Shown: positions 10,601 through 22,458 of the stretch, in pieces
Layout: each line of letters begins with the position of its first letter
Numbering within the stretch: position 1 is the first letter of the stretch
Assembly (NCBI GenBank): GCA_963813715.1
Contig: CAWFAK010000012.1
Coordinates: 64,001-128,000 of the forward strand
Direction of reading: 5' to 3'
Origin: an uncultured Planctomycetaceae bacterium
GTDB taxonomy: Bacteria > Planctomycetota > Planctomycetia > Planctomycetales > Planctomycetaceae
DNA: 64,000 nt
Made by a program: the position numbers and the translations under genes
The notes under the pieces: model-generated
The model's database searches: none
The model's input: the letters and a program-made list of their open reading frames with translations, nothing else
What the model was told of the DNA's origin: nothing

Positions 10601-12044
10601 CAAGAACCGGCTCACGGCAAGCCAGAAGTCGTCCCGAACCATGACGATCGCCTGGACTGCGCCGGCCGTCGCACTGCCGAAGCGCTCGGACCAGTTCTGT
10701 GTTTTCGTCCTGTCGCTTCGCATGCAGCCACTGCTCAAACTGGTCGAGAACGACAAGCACCTTCTGATTGTTCTCTAATCCCTGCCCTTGTCGCAGTGCG
10801 GCAACGGTGCCCGTCAAATCCAGGTTGTCTGGAAGTTGAGGACACCGCTCTCGAAGACCTCGGAGCAGGCGAGTCTCCGTCCCTTCGGCGGTCGCCTCGA
10901 CATAAACCGAACGGACGCGATCGGCCAGCCTGGGCAAGAGCCCGGCCTTCATCAACGAGGATTTGCCGCAACCGCTGGGGCCATAGATCAGCCCGACCGT
11001 GAACGCGAGTTCGTTCTCCGACTCAATGCGGTGCTTCCAGAATTGAAGGCTCTCGGGTAAGCCGTCCTTGTCGCGAGGGCCGGGCAGCAATTCGAGAAAA
11101 AAATCGGCATCTTTGGCATCGAACGACCGGAGGCCCTTGGGGACGATGGCGAGCCGACGGGCAGGCGCTGGGACGACTTTCGGTCTGGGGGACGGCGGCT
11201 GCCGTTTGGGAGCGAGCAACCGGCCGACGCCGTCCGGCCGTTCAACTTCGGTATACCACTCCAGGATTTCCGCGAGTTGCGACAACGCCCGTTCCGCATC
11301 ACCCGACGTGACCGCTTGGGTTCGATTGGCGGTTACTGCCGTCGAGAGCAGCGCATCCAGTTCGAACTTGTCGGGGAGATACCACTCGTGGAGCAAACGC
11401 TCGACGATTTTCTCGAGAGATCGAGTGCCGGCCGGTTCGCCGATCCGCCGTTCGTAGATTTCGCGAGCGATTCGTTCCAACACTTTGCGGGCGCGGTTGA
11501 GGCTCCAGTCAGGATCTCTGTCCGCAACGTCTCGCGCCCTTTGCAGGCCGTCCCAAAGTTCTTGCTGATCCTTGATGAGATCTTTGAGGCTGTGGATCAG
11601 CCGGTCGACGTAGACATTGAACTCGGGACCCAGTCGGACCTCTGCGGCATTCCGATAGGCAAGCTCCTGCATTCCGCTGGGCAGGGCCGCACCAGTCGGC
11701 ATGGAAGCGCCGTCCACGAGGACCGGAATGACCGGAACCCCGAGCGACAAGGCGGCTTCGATCTCGATGCGGACGTAATCGTCCGGATCCTCTAAGCGCC
11801 GCGCACCCTGCTTCGGTCCCTCCGTGTACGCAGCGTCGAGCCAACGAGCTCCGATCACCGCCAACAGAGCATCCGATTGCTCGACAGCGCCGCTCAATCG
11901 ATTGCGAAAGTCAACGCCCGGCGGAATGGAATCGATGTCGTAGAAGACCGACCCCGACTCGAACTGGTTCTGCAAACGGCCCTGCAGGCGCTTGGTGACT
12001 TCGGCGCTGTCCTGACGGCGGTAAGAGATGAAGACCTTGGGCAT
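7683..12044 (-). CDS. large TIR + STAND-type (nSTAND1-like) NTPase + FGE/SUMF1-domain protein; frameshifts near 10665, 9760 and 8900
   Basis: KVFISYRRQDS and DDYVRIEIEAAL (TIR); GPSGCGKSS Walker A; LVVLDQFEQ Walker B; YQLTHDYLV; YRLPTEAEWEFACRA, PNDFGLFDMLGNAAE and GFRPVR (FGE-sulfatase). Confidence 0.85.
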
Positions 12045-12148
12045 CGCAGAGTTTCAACTCGGTCTGCGACGGGCCCCTGAAAACGTACGGCTCAGAGCTC
12101 GCCGCGCGGGATCCCGCAACGTTTAGCCAAGAGTGATCAGGCTGCCGC

Positions 12149-13325
12149 CTATTTTGGCAAATCGAGCGGCGCGTAGTAGGGCTTCTTCGACTTCGTGACC
12201 TTGGTCAGCCAGTTGCGATTCTGGGCCTTTTTGTCGGTGATCGCCCAGTCCTGCCGGTGGATGTTCCAGTTGTCCGGGTCGAGCGCCTCGGCCTCGGCAA
12301 AGTATTGCTTCGCCTTTTTCAGATCCTTCTGATTCGAGAAATACACGCCCAGCTCGAACAGCGACTGGGCCCGTCCTTCGTCGAGCGTCCGCGGGTGGAC
12401 ATGCTTGGCCATTTCGGCCGCGGACCAGATGAACTTGCTCTTGGCACCGTTTGTCACCCAGTCCTCGACGGCCGGCGCGTAATCGTCGGTGCCGAACTTG
12501 ATCATGCCCAGGTTGTGCTTCTTGGCGTACGTCCCCTCGTTGAGCCGCACGATGTGCCCTTCCTCGTCGATCCACGCGGCGGACGGGACGTTCACGAAGT
12601 TGTAAAGCGCGCTGATCGTGTGACTCGGATCGACGATCGTGACGAAGCTGACGTGCGCCGAATCGAACGTCGGGCCCGCCGCCGCCTCGCCGCCGCTGTC
12701 TTCGGCGACCGAAATGATCTCGAACCCGCGGTCCTTCAGCCGTTGGTAGATCGGCTCCCAATTCTTGACGTCGAATCGGCAGCCGCACCAGCTCGCCCAA
12801 GTCATCAGCACCACTTTCTTGCCGCGAAAATCGGACAAGCGAATCAGCTTGCCTTTGCGGTCCGGCAGCTCGAAATTGGGTGCCACGGCCGACTTCAAGA
12901 AAGGCGTGCGCGTCTCGGGAATCGGGCCGAAGCTCCAGGTGCCGCTTTCGCGATCGACGGCGAACGGCTGCTGGATCTTTTGGGCCAGTCCCGTCGACGT
13001 TGATCCATTCCTGGCCGTCCTTCTTCTGCAGCAGGGCGGCGTCTCCCTTTTCCGTCAGCTTGATGCACACGTCGCCCACGCAGAGCACGCCCGGCGGCTT
13101 GAGCGCCAGGCCGTTGATCCGCTGGAGGTCGGCCGCTGTTACCCACAAGTCGCCCCCCTCAATCTTCGGCTGCTCGATTTTGATCGTCGCGCCGTTGGAG
13201 AGCACGGTGGCCGCCGGATGCGAGGCGGGCGCCGCCGGTTCGCTCAGCAGTCGGCCGCCGCTGGCGACGAGAGCGAATCCCGCGAGAACGGCCGCAATCA
13301 CAAGCGATGAGTGGACGCGAACCAT
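12149..13325 (-). CDS. secreted redoxin/AhpC-TSA-like thioredoxin-fold protein with C-terminal TPR-like helices; frameshift near 12990
   Basis: signal peptide; LCVGDVC; APNFELPD..G..IRLSDFRGKKVVLMTWASWCGCR; NVPSAAWIDEEG. Confidence 0.8.
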
Positions 13326-13430
13326 GTCGAGCCTCGTTTGAGGAGAGGGTGCCGAGCTTCGGGCAGAATGCCCCGTTCGATGTTACCGTGCCATGTTACT
13401 CGCAGAAGGCACAGTCGACCACGCGGGGCA

Positions 13431-14813
13431 CTATTTGGCGGCCTGAACCGCGTGGACGCCCCGGTCCACGCCCGTGGCGATGATCTCTTCGATATCGGGC
13501 GCCCAGCGTTCGGCCGGCATGCCGTAGACCAGCATCGACGTGTTGCCTTCGTAGCCCCCTTCCTTGAGCACGCGGACCGAGGGGATGTAGGCCATCACGT
13601 CGTTGGCGTAGGCGCTGACCCACGTTTCGGGGCCGTAGCGCTCCTTGAAGCGCAGATCGAAGTCGACGACGACCTCGCCCCCGAGCGCAATCCACAATTG
13701 CTTGCGCCCCAGCCACCACACTTCGATCGGATAGGGGTATGTCCGTGGCAGCGCGCGGCCGGCATCCAGCTCTTTGAGCAGCCGCGTCCCCCACCGCGAC
13801 ACGTAGCCCGCGCGGTCGCGGGCACGGGCCTCGAGCTCCGCTCGCGTCGGCTCGGCGCCCAAGTGCAACGTCACCGTTTCGTAGTGCTCCTCGAGTTTGG
13901 GAGGCAGCGAGTCCAGCTTGCCGGCGAGCACAGCCTCAACCGCCGTGGTCATCATGCCGCCGTATTTTTTCGCCAGCTCGACGGTCCGCCGCGGAATGGG
14001 ATTCTGATCGGCCCCGCAGCCCATGAAAAACAGAGCCGTCGCGCCGGGGTGCGCCGCCTCCAGATTGCTCTCGGCAAAGCCGGCGTAGTCGCCGTTCCAC
14101 TGTTGAATGCTCAGCGTCGTGTTGTGACAGGCGTAACCGAAGACAACCGCCAGCAGTTGTCCGCCTGCCCGACGAACGGCCAGCACGGGAACCGAGTGAT
14201 CCGAGGGCCCGCGGAGTGAATGGCTGGCCTTGAGCGCGGGAACGTCCGGCTCGCGATTGTTGCGGCGATTGACGGCGAAATCGGTCTCGCCCTGACCGAC
14301 GGCCACGCTCGCCGGCACGAGCTGCGTCAGCGCCTCGCCGACGGTCCGCACCATCGTCGACTCCAACTCGCTCGAATAGGCCTCGATCTTTTTCTTTTCG
14401 GCATCGTCGAGCGGATAGGCATCGTAGAGGGCGCCGCGGAGCACCGGGCCGCAATGTGTGTGCGACGCATTCAGCATCACCGCCTCGCGTGGCAGCCCGA
14501 ATTTTTCCTTGAGCGCCTGCGTTACGTGCTCGGAGATCGAACGGGGGATGCCCAACAGATCGCTGCTGACCAGCACGGCTCGACGCCCGTCGGCGTCCTC
14601 GAGTGCCAACACCCGCACGTAAAGCTCGTGCAGCGTGCCGGAGGCCGGACTGGTGCGCGCCGCATAGCCGGCCATCCACAACGGCTCTTTCGGCGTGATG
14701 ACGGCCTTGGCCGTCCCGGCCTTCCACAGCGCGTCGGCGGCCTGCGCAGGACTTACGGGCAGAACGGTCACCCAGAGGATGCTGAAGGTGAACAGGACGC
14801 GGCGGGCGGTCAT
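13431..14813 (-). CDS. neutral/alkaline ceramidase-family secreted protein
   Basis: signal peptide; ITP..PLWMAGY, ASHTHCGP, FGYACHNT, GCGADQNP, GGEVVVD, YIPS..EGGYE. Confidence 0.85.
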   Translation of the reverse strand: MTARRVLFTFSILWVTVLPVSPAQAADALWKAGTAKAVITPKEPLWMAGYAARTSPASGTLHELYVRVLALEDADGRRAVLVSSDLLGIPRSISEHVTQALKEKFGLPREAVMLNASHTHCGPVLRGALYDAYPLDDAEKKKIEAYSSELESTMVRTVGEALTQLVPASVAVGQGETDFAVNRRNNREPDVPALKASHSLRGPSDHSVPVLAVRRAGGQLLAVVFGYACHNTTLSIQQWNGDYAGFAESNLEAAHPGATALFFMGCGADQNPIPRRTVELAKKYGGMMTTAVEAVLAGKLDSLPPKLEEHYETVTLHLGAEPTRAELEARARDRAGYVSRWGTRLLKELDAGRALPRTYPYPIEVWWLGRKQLWIALGGEVVVDFDLRFKERYGPETWVSAYANDVMAYIPSVRVLKEGGYEGNTSMLVYGMPAERWAPDIEEIIATGVDRGVHAVQAAK

Positions 14814-14823
14814 CAGGGTTCTT

Positions 14824-16321
14824 TCAGACGAGCACGTCGCGGATGACAGTTCCTTCGACGTCGGTGAGTCGGCGGTCGATGCCGTTGTGGCGGACGGTGA
14901 GGCGTTCGTGGTCGATGCCCAGCAGGTGCAGCATGGTGGCGTGGACGTCGTGGCAAGTGGTCGGGTGGTCGCGGTCGGCCGGCTTGTAGCCCCATTCGTC
15001 GCTGGGGCCGAACGTGGTACCGCCGCGAATGCCGCCGCCGGCGAGCCAGTTGGTGAACACGAACGGATTGTGGTCGCCGCCCGCTGCCACCCTGGGCGCA
15101 GGGCATGCGGCCGAACTCGGTCGTCCAGTGGATCAGCGTGTCGTCGAGCAGGCCGCGCTGCTTGAGGTCGAGAATCAGGGCCGCCGTGGCGCGGGCCATG
15201 CCCAGCGCCAGCGGCCGATGGTCGCGGGCGATGTCTTCGTGCGAGTCCCAGTTCCGCCGCGGGAAGCCGTTGTCGTTGCCCGACCAGATCTGCACGAAGC
15301 GCACGCCCCGCTCCAAGAGCCGGCGGGCGATCAGGCACTTGCGGCCGAAGTGGTCCGTCTCTTCGCGATCGTTGATTTCCGATGGGAACGCGGCCGGCCG
15401 TGATCGAGTCCGTACATCTTGAGGACGTGCTCCGGTTCGCTCGACAGGTCGAGCGCCTCGGGCGCGCTCAACTGCATGCGGGCGGCCAGCTCATAACTGC
15501 GGATGCGGGCTTCCAGTCGCGAATCGCCGGGCCGCGATGCCGCGTGCTCGCGGTTGAGTTCGCTCAGCAGTTCGATCGAGCGGCGGCGCGAGCGCTGCCG
15601 CCGTCGTGGCCCGGCGGCGCGTGCAGGTCGGCGATCGGATTGCCTGCGCCGGGACGCAGGATCGTTCCCTGGTGCTCGGCGGGGAGAAAGCCGGCGCTCC
15701 AGTTTTTCGGGCCGTTGGAGGCGAAGCCCCGATGGTCGGGCAGCACGACGAACGTCGGCAGGTTTTCGTTCGCCGAGCCGAGGGCAAAGCTGACCCACGC
15801 AGCCTGCGCCGGGAAAGCCGGGCCGATCGAAGCCGGTGGCCTGCAGATAAGTGCCCTGGCTGTGCACGCCCGTTTTGCCGACGAGGTTATGGACGAAGGC
15901 CATCTCGTCGACGCACGCGCCGAGCGGCGCGACGATTTCGTTCAGCATCTTGCCGCACTGCGCCGTAGGGCCGCCATTTCCAGGGCGAGCAAAACGTGGC
16001 GCCGAGCCCGTCCTGAAACAGCTCGACGTGCTCGCCCGCGTCCCACTTCTCGCCATCGCGCTGATGCAAGAGCGGCTTGTAGTCGAACGTGTCGAGATGA
16101 CTGGCCCCGCCCGCCATGAAGAGCTGGACCACCCGCTTGGCCTTGGCCGGATGATGCAATCGCTCGAGCGCGCCGCCGCTCCGCGGTTGGCTGCCTGCCG
16201 CCAGCAGGCCGTCCCCGTTGAGCAGATGCGCGAGCGCGATTCCGCCCAAGCCACCGCCGAGTTCCCATAAGAACTGGCGGCGGCCGAGTGGCGTCGGGGT
16301 TTCGCGTTGCATGGTTGGCAT
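14824..16321 (-). CDS. DUF1501 family protein (several frameshifts)
   Basis: twin-arginine-like [72 protein letters not shown]. Confidence 0.9.
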
Positions 16322-16333
16322 TTCGGGGGAGAG

Positions 16334-18737
16334 CTAATCGACGTACACAAACTCGTTCAGGTTAAACAGGAGCCGGCACGCTTCGGCCAAGCCGAATTCG
16401 CGGGCGAACCCGGTTAAGCGCCGCGATTCCGACGCGCTCGGCCCGCGTTGCAGCGTCGCGCGCACGGCCGCGGCAATCTGGCCTTCCAAGTCGGGCGACT
16501 CGGTGCGCACCCGGTCGGCCAAGTGCTCGGCCATGCGAATCATGAACCGGTCGTTCAACAGCGCGAGCGCTTGCAGTGCGGTGATCGATTCGTCCCGCTT
16601 CTCCACAATCTGCGACGGGTCGGCACAGTCGAGCGCCTCCAAAAACGGATCGGGCTGCGAACGGACGAGGAACCGATAGACGCAGCGGCGATGCGTGCGG
16701 CGATCATCCGGATCGGACTTGTCGTACTCGTAGTGCGGCGAGTGTTCGGGCTTCTCGATGAGAAACGTTTGAAACGACGGGCCGAACATCCGTCCCTCGA
16801 GCCGGCCGCTCGCCGCCAGCACGCTATCGCGGAGCGATTCGGCATCAAGTCGCGTGCGATTCATCCGCCACAGCCGAGCATTGCCCGCGTCGACCAGCTC
16901 GCCGCGCGGGGACGACGTTGACGCCTGCCGATAAGCCGCGCTTGTCACGATCAGGCGATGCAGGCGTTTGAGCGATTGGCCGCCGTCGCGAAAATCGGCC
17001 GCCAGCCAATCGAGCAGCTGCGGATGCGAGGGCTGCTGCCCCATGCGGCCGAAGTCGCTGGGACTGTCGACGATGCCGCGGCCAAAGTGATAGAGCCAGA
17101 CGCGATTGACGATCGACCGCCACGTGAGCGGATTGCGACGATCGACGATCCAGCGGGCCAGCGCGATCCGCCGTTCCTGTTCGCCGGCGCCGGCCGGCAA
17201 TTCGATTCGCCAAGGAACGTCTTTGACGATCGGCGGCGTCCCCGGGCCGACGAGCTTGGCTGGCCGGCGGACGTCGCCCCGCTCCAGCACGTGAATCACG
17301 CGGGGCCGACCGCCGTTGGCGCCGGTGCCGCGAAACGCGCCGCTTCCCTCAAAAACCGTGCCGCAGTAGACCACCCTCTGCGCAGGCAGCGTCGCCAGCG
17401 CAGCCATGAGCCGGCTCCGCTCGGCCACGACTCCGGCCGCCGCCGTCGCGACGGTCGAACCATGTGACGGCAGCGGTTCGAGTTGCGCAAGCGGTCGGCC
17501 AATTGGCGGCGACGCCGAGCCACGGACGGGTCGACATCGTACGAGCGGTCGGCCCGGTCGATGGCGGCAAAGACGGCCTGCAGGCTGTAGTAATGCTCCT
17601 GCGTGAGCGGATCGAATTTGTGATCGTGGCACCGCGCGCATTGCACGGTCAGGCTGCAAAATGTGTTGAAGGTGGTGGTCACAATGTCGTCGCGGTCGAG
17701 GTTCCGCGCGATCTGGCCGTCGATCTTCGTCTCCGGCACCTCCGCATGCCCGATGAAGTCCCAAGGCCCGGCCGCCAGAAAGCCGGTGGCCTCGATGCCG
17801 TCTCGCGAGTCGGGCTCGAGCGCGTCGCCGGCCAGTTGCTCGGCGACGAACTGATCGTAGGGCCGGTCTGCGTTGAACGCGCGAATCAGGTAATCGCGAT
17901 AGGGCCAGGCGTGCGGCCGCGGCTTGTCCTTGTCGTAACCGTGCGTCTCGCCGTAGTGCACGACGTCGAGCCAGTGACGGGCCCAGCGCTCGCCAAAATG
18001 TGGCGAAGCGAGCAAGCGATCGACGAGCTTTTCGTAAGCCCGCGGATCGCGGTCGGCGACGAACGCTTCCACCTCCGCGACGCTGGGCGGCAAGCCGAGC
18101 AGGTCGAAGGACAGCCGGCGGATCAGCGTGCGGCGATCGGCCTCGGGCGCGGCGCCAGTCCGGCCGACTGTAGTCCGTCGAGAATGAACGCATCGATCGG
18201 CGTGCGAACCCAGCCCGTGTTCTTGTCGGGGGGGCTAAACGACAAACTGGGAATCGACGAACGGGGAATCGGCGGTTTGGAAAGCGGCCGCAGCGACCAC
18301 CAATCGAGCGGGTCATCTTTGAGGACAACGTTGGCCGGCCACTCAGCCCCCGCGGCGATCCAATAGCGGAGCGCCTGCACTTCAGCGGCCAAGAGCGGCT
18401 TGCCGTTCTTGGGCATCTCCGGCTTGTCGCCCGAAACGACTTCGATCAGCCGGCTCTCCTGCGGCTTGCCGGGAACGACGATCGGCGAGCCATCCGCACC
18501 GGCCGCCAAGCCTTTGGCGGAGCTGAGATCGAGTCGCCCCTTCGCTTTGGCCCCCTGATGGCAGCGGAGGCAGTGCTGTTTGAGGATGGGGGCGACGCGA
18601 TCGCGGAACGCGTGCGGCTCGCCGGCTTCTGCCGCTGACCACGCGCAGAGCGCGGCCGTCAGCAGCAAGGCGAAAAGCGTCAGCAGACATCGCGTCGGCA
18701 AGCGCGACTCCCGGCAGGACTGTCGCACGCGGGCCAC
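16334..18737 (-). CDS. planctomycete cytochrome c + DUF1549/DUF1553 (PSCyt2/PSD1) protein (frameshifted; start approximate)
   Basis: [64 protein letters not shown]. Confidence 0.9.
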
Positions 18738-18783
18738 TCGGGGAGTTTTTCCCGGGTCGCACAGGCGCGGGGGGATCCCCATC

Positions 18784-19821
18784 TTAATCCGCGTCGGGAC
18801 TTCCGGCCACGACCGCCTTCGAGCCGGGCTGTTCGGCCGGGGTGCCGTCCGGGGACGCCGGCCCATTCGCGGCCGCCTGACGACGAACGCGACGCTCGAA
18901 CAGCAGGTAAAGCGGCGCGGCAACCAGCAGGGGCAACCAGTTGTAGAGCACGCGAAAGACCACGCATGCCGCGAGGAAGGCCGGCTGCTGCTCCTTCGGC
19001 GCGGTCGCCACGATCACCGCTTCAAAAACTCCCGCACCGCCCGGCGCGTGAGTCAGCACGCCGGCGACGATCGCCAGCAGGTAAACGCCCAGAATCTCGG
19101 GGTATCCCACTTGCAGGCGGGCAGGAAAGAGCACCCAAAAGCAGGCCGCCGCCACCAAAAAGTCGAGGGCAGCCACGCCGAGTTGCGCGCCCGACATCCA
19201 AAACCCAGGAAACCGCCACTCCCGGCCCCAGAAATGGATGGGACGCTTCCAGAGGGCCGAAACGAGCAAGTAGGCCACGGCCATGCCGATCAGCATCCAG
19301 GCCAGCGAATTGGTGTTCTCGACCGGGATGTTGAGCTCCGGGGCGATGTCCCTCGGCGACAGCAGAAAGACGACGCCCGCCAGCCCGAAGACGCCAAACC
19401 AAAAGGTGATGCCCAAGATCATCACCAGTTGCACGATCTCGGCCGGCTTCAGTCCCCACAACGAATAAAAGCGGTAGCGGACCGACCCGCCCCCCAACAG
19501 CGAGCCGAAGTTGTAGCTCATCGCAAAGCCGACAAATGAGGCGAAGGCAATCCTCCGTAAAGGGAGCGGATGGCCGGTCGACCTGACGGCGATGTAGTCG
19601 TACCCCATCAGGACGATGTAGTTGATCACCGTCAGCCCGATGCAGAAACCCATCCGCCAGGGATGAATTTGCACGAGGGCCTTGCGGTACTGCTCGAGCG
19701 AGTGTTGCCGCAGCTCGCGAAACAGGATCACGCCCGCGAGGACCACGATGATCAACACGAGGATCGGCGCGAGTTTATGGATCCAGTCGGCGACGCTTGC
19801 GCCTCGTCGTTCCTCAGACAT
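18784..19821 (-). CDS. stand-alone lysylphosphatidylglycerol flippase-type membrane protein (MprF N-terminal / UPF0104)
   Basis: GYDYIA, GGGSVRYRFYS.WG, HAPGGAGVFEA, FRVLYNWLP; about 8 TM helices. Confidence 0.8.
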   Translation of the reverse strand: MSEERRGASVADWIHKLAPILVLIIVVLAGVILFRELRQHSLEQYRKALVQIHPWRMGFCIGLTVINYIVLMGYDYIAVRSTGHPLPLRRIAFASFVGFAMSYNFGSLLGGGSVRYRFYSLWGLKPAEIVQLVMILGITFWFGVFGLAGVVFLLSPRDIAPELNIPVENTNSLAWMLIGMAVAYLLVSALWKRPIHFWGREWRFPGFWMSGAQLGVAALDFLVAAACFWVLFPARLQVGYPEILGVYLLAIVAGVLTHAPGGAGVFEAVIVATAPKEQQPAFLAACVVFRVLYNWLPLLVAAPLYLLFERRVRRQAAANGPASPDGTPAEQPGSKAVVAGSPDAD

Positions 19822-19854
19822 CGTCCCCTCGCGCCCGTGAAATTGCCTCCCCGG

Positions 19855-19883
19855 ACGCTATTAACTCCGTGGGGCAGTGTCAA
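19855..19883 (-). promoter_or_regulatory. putative sigma70 promoter for the MprF-like gene
   Basis: TTGACA-17 nt-TAGCGT on the minus strand. Confidence 0.5.
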
Positions 19884-19991
19884 ACGGGCGACTGTCAAAT
19901 CGGGGCGAGGTCAATAGCTCCAGGCAGGGTCAAATCTCGGGCAAGGGGCGCGGTGTCATCCTAAGCCAGGCAATCGCGGTCGCGAAATAGG

Positions 19992-21001
19992 TCACTCCCT
20001 GCGGGCCAGTTGGTCCTCCGTTCGCGGCGGGCAAGGCGCCGTGCGCGCGGCCACGCTCTCGCCGGGCAGGCATCCGCTTTGCGCGGTGAGCACGTGGGTG
20101 TGGAAGCCGGCCGACACGCTTTGACGAAACAGCCGCTGCGACGGCCGAGGAACCGGGAGCTCCGATGGCTCCGCGTTCTGCGTCAGGTCAGTCGCAGCGG
20201 CCGTGTTCGAGGTTTCCGGCGGCCGGCGCTCGAAGCGCGTGCCCTTGTCGTCGGGGGGCGGTTGCCGTTTGGGAATGGTGGTCGGGGCGACGCCTGGAAT
20301 TGGATCGCCAAGCGGCCCCGCCGGCGGATAGCCGGGTCGGTTGATCGCACCGGGCGGGAGGGCGGGATTGGTCTCGAAAGTGGGGCAGCAGCCGTCTCCA
20401 CCGGGGGCGGGCGCTCCGAGACAGCTTGCCCCGCAGCTGCCGCCGCCCGCGCCGCAACCGGCTGGTCCACACGACGGGCCACAAGATGGGCCGCAAGACG
20501 GACCGTACGACGGACCACAAGCCATACCACACGGCGGCCCGCCGCATGGACTGCCACAGAATGGACTGCCACAGACAGGACTGCCGCAAAACGCGCGCCG
20601 CCGCACGGTCCGCCGCAACTGCCTCCGCACGGCATGCCGCAAGGGGCGCCACAGGGCGGCGAACAGCAGCGTCCACAGACGGGGCCACAACCTCCGCAAC
20701 TCCCACACCCGCCGCCGCACGGCGATCCACAACACGAGCCGCAGGGCGGACAACAGCGTCCGCCGCCGAACAAGCTGAGACCGAAGGGCGCACGGGGACA
20801 ACCACAGCCCGCCGAGCATCCAAAGCCGTAGCCCCCCGACGGGCAGCAGCAATTGGGTGCCGGCGAGCCGAATCCGAACGAACCAAATCCGGGCGAGCCG
20901 CAGCCGGGCGAACAACCGCCGCCCCCGCAGCCCGAGCCGCAACATTGTGCAAGGGCCGTCGCTGAACCAAACAACAGCGCGCCAACCGCCGCCGTCAGCA
21001 T
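19992..21001 (-). CDS. secreted Cys/Gly/Pro-rich low-complexity protein (frameshift near 20595; start may lie further upstream)
   Basis: hydrophobic leader ending ALA-QCC, followed by about 40 Cys in CGxP/CGxS repeats across ORFs 20183..21382 and 19992..21020. Confidence 0.7.
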
Positions 21002-21697
21002 GAAGACGCGGCGCGGCCACGTGTGAATCGGCGCAATCGGCGCGCCGAAGACAGTTGAATCAAGAGTCGCGGGGACCGGGGACGACCACCAGACCGAGGC
21101 CGCCAGTGGACGCGACGTCCCCTCCCCGGAATAACGAGCGGCCGGACAATGCGGCCGTCGCGCCGTACTCGGAACGGGTACTGGAACGAGGACAGGAACG
21201 CGGACGATAGCGAACCGGCTCCCGCCCGGCAGCGAGTTGCCGCCACCGCGGGAAGCGGACGGAGGGATCAGCCAGTTTCGCAGGCGGCGGGGACTTGGCG
21301 CCCGTCCGAGCTGGCGTACCCCGAATGAGAACCTGCGCGCAGCAGCACGCGCTGCTTCAATCAACCCTGACATGGCAGACACCTCCGGCGAAGCGCCGAT
21401 CGAGTGGAACCAGCGGCCCCGCAGGGAGTGCTGTCACACGGACACGCCGCGGCAAGCTGTCCTTCCGCTTTGCAATCAGCATGCCGGGGCCGCAGTTGTC
21501 ATGTCGGCGCCGCCCCCGCGTGCGGCCGACCTTCGCCCAACTCGCCGAAGCCGCGCGATTTCGCAAAGTTCGACGCGAAAGCACAGCGCGGACACCTGAA
21601 GTGCCCCACAGGACCGGACAAACGCCTGCCGTCCGATTGCACTTTTTGCATTGCGCAGACGGAAGAATCGGCACTCAGCCGTAACGCCAAGGCTCGC

Positions 21698-22162
21698 TCA
21701 GGCGGTGACGAAGCTCATGTGCAGCTCCGCATGGCGGAGGCACATTTGGGTGCACTCGTCGACGGTCATCGGACCGAGAAACGGATGCGCGGCTCGTTTT
21801 TGCTCGTTCTTCAGTCGCTCGGTCGAGCGACGCAGGTGCTCGAGCGCCGCCGTCGCATCCATCGCGTCCGGCACCAGTACAGCCGCGGCCCTCGGGCTCA
21901 GCTTGAAGCCGGGGGTCAGCCCCTTGACGAGCAATCGCTTCTTGAGAAAGAACCGACCGACGGTCCGGATCGGCAACGGGGCCTGAAACCCAAAGCCATC
22001 GATCATTTTGTCCTGCGCGATGGCGAGGTGCTCGAGAATCTGCCCGAGCGACCAGGTGCCCGTCGTGGCCGAGTTCGCGCTCACCGCCCGGGCGGCGTCG
22101 GCGACGACTTCGTCGAGGGTTCTGTATCGAATGCGTCGGCGAGTCGGCGTGGCACTGGCCAT
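21698..22162 (-). CDS. DUF1569/DinB-like protein
   Basis: GTWSLGQILEHL, HPFLGPMT, LRHAELHMSF. Confidence 0.8.
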   Translation of the reverse strand: MASATPTRRRIRYRTLDEVVADAARAVSANSATTGTWSLGQILEHLAIAQDKMIDGFGFQAPLPIRTVGRFFLKKRLLVKGLTPGFKLSPRAAAVLVPDAMDATAALEHLRRSTERLKNEQKRAAHPFLGPMTVDECTQMCLRHAELHMSFVTA

Positions 22163-22458
22163 AAAAATCGCTCCAGGCAGAGGTGCGGTCTGAGGTGCAG
22201 ACCCGCCAGTCAGTATACGGACGCTTCCCGCGGCGAAGCAAAGTCCCAACGGAAACAACGCCCCAACGGAAACGGCAGCGGGACGGCGACAGCACCGCGC
22301 CCGAACGCCGAACCGGCGAGGATGAAACTCCCGAGATAGAGGCCCGCGGGGCGGCTCTGCTAAGATTCCGGGTGACCCGGGCCTGTGGCTTTGGTACAAC
22401 GACACTCTGACTTGAATCCGCGTCGATGATGTGGCACTGGCCTCGCAAGGACCGTTCG

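Noticed and set aside
20400..20760. CRISPR-like or DNA-level repeat array
   Set aside because: The repeats are 12-15-bp codon-phase units encoding Cys-Gly-x-Pro, with no spacers or cas genes.
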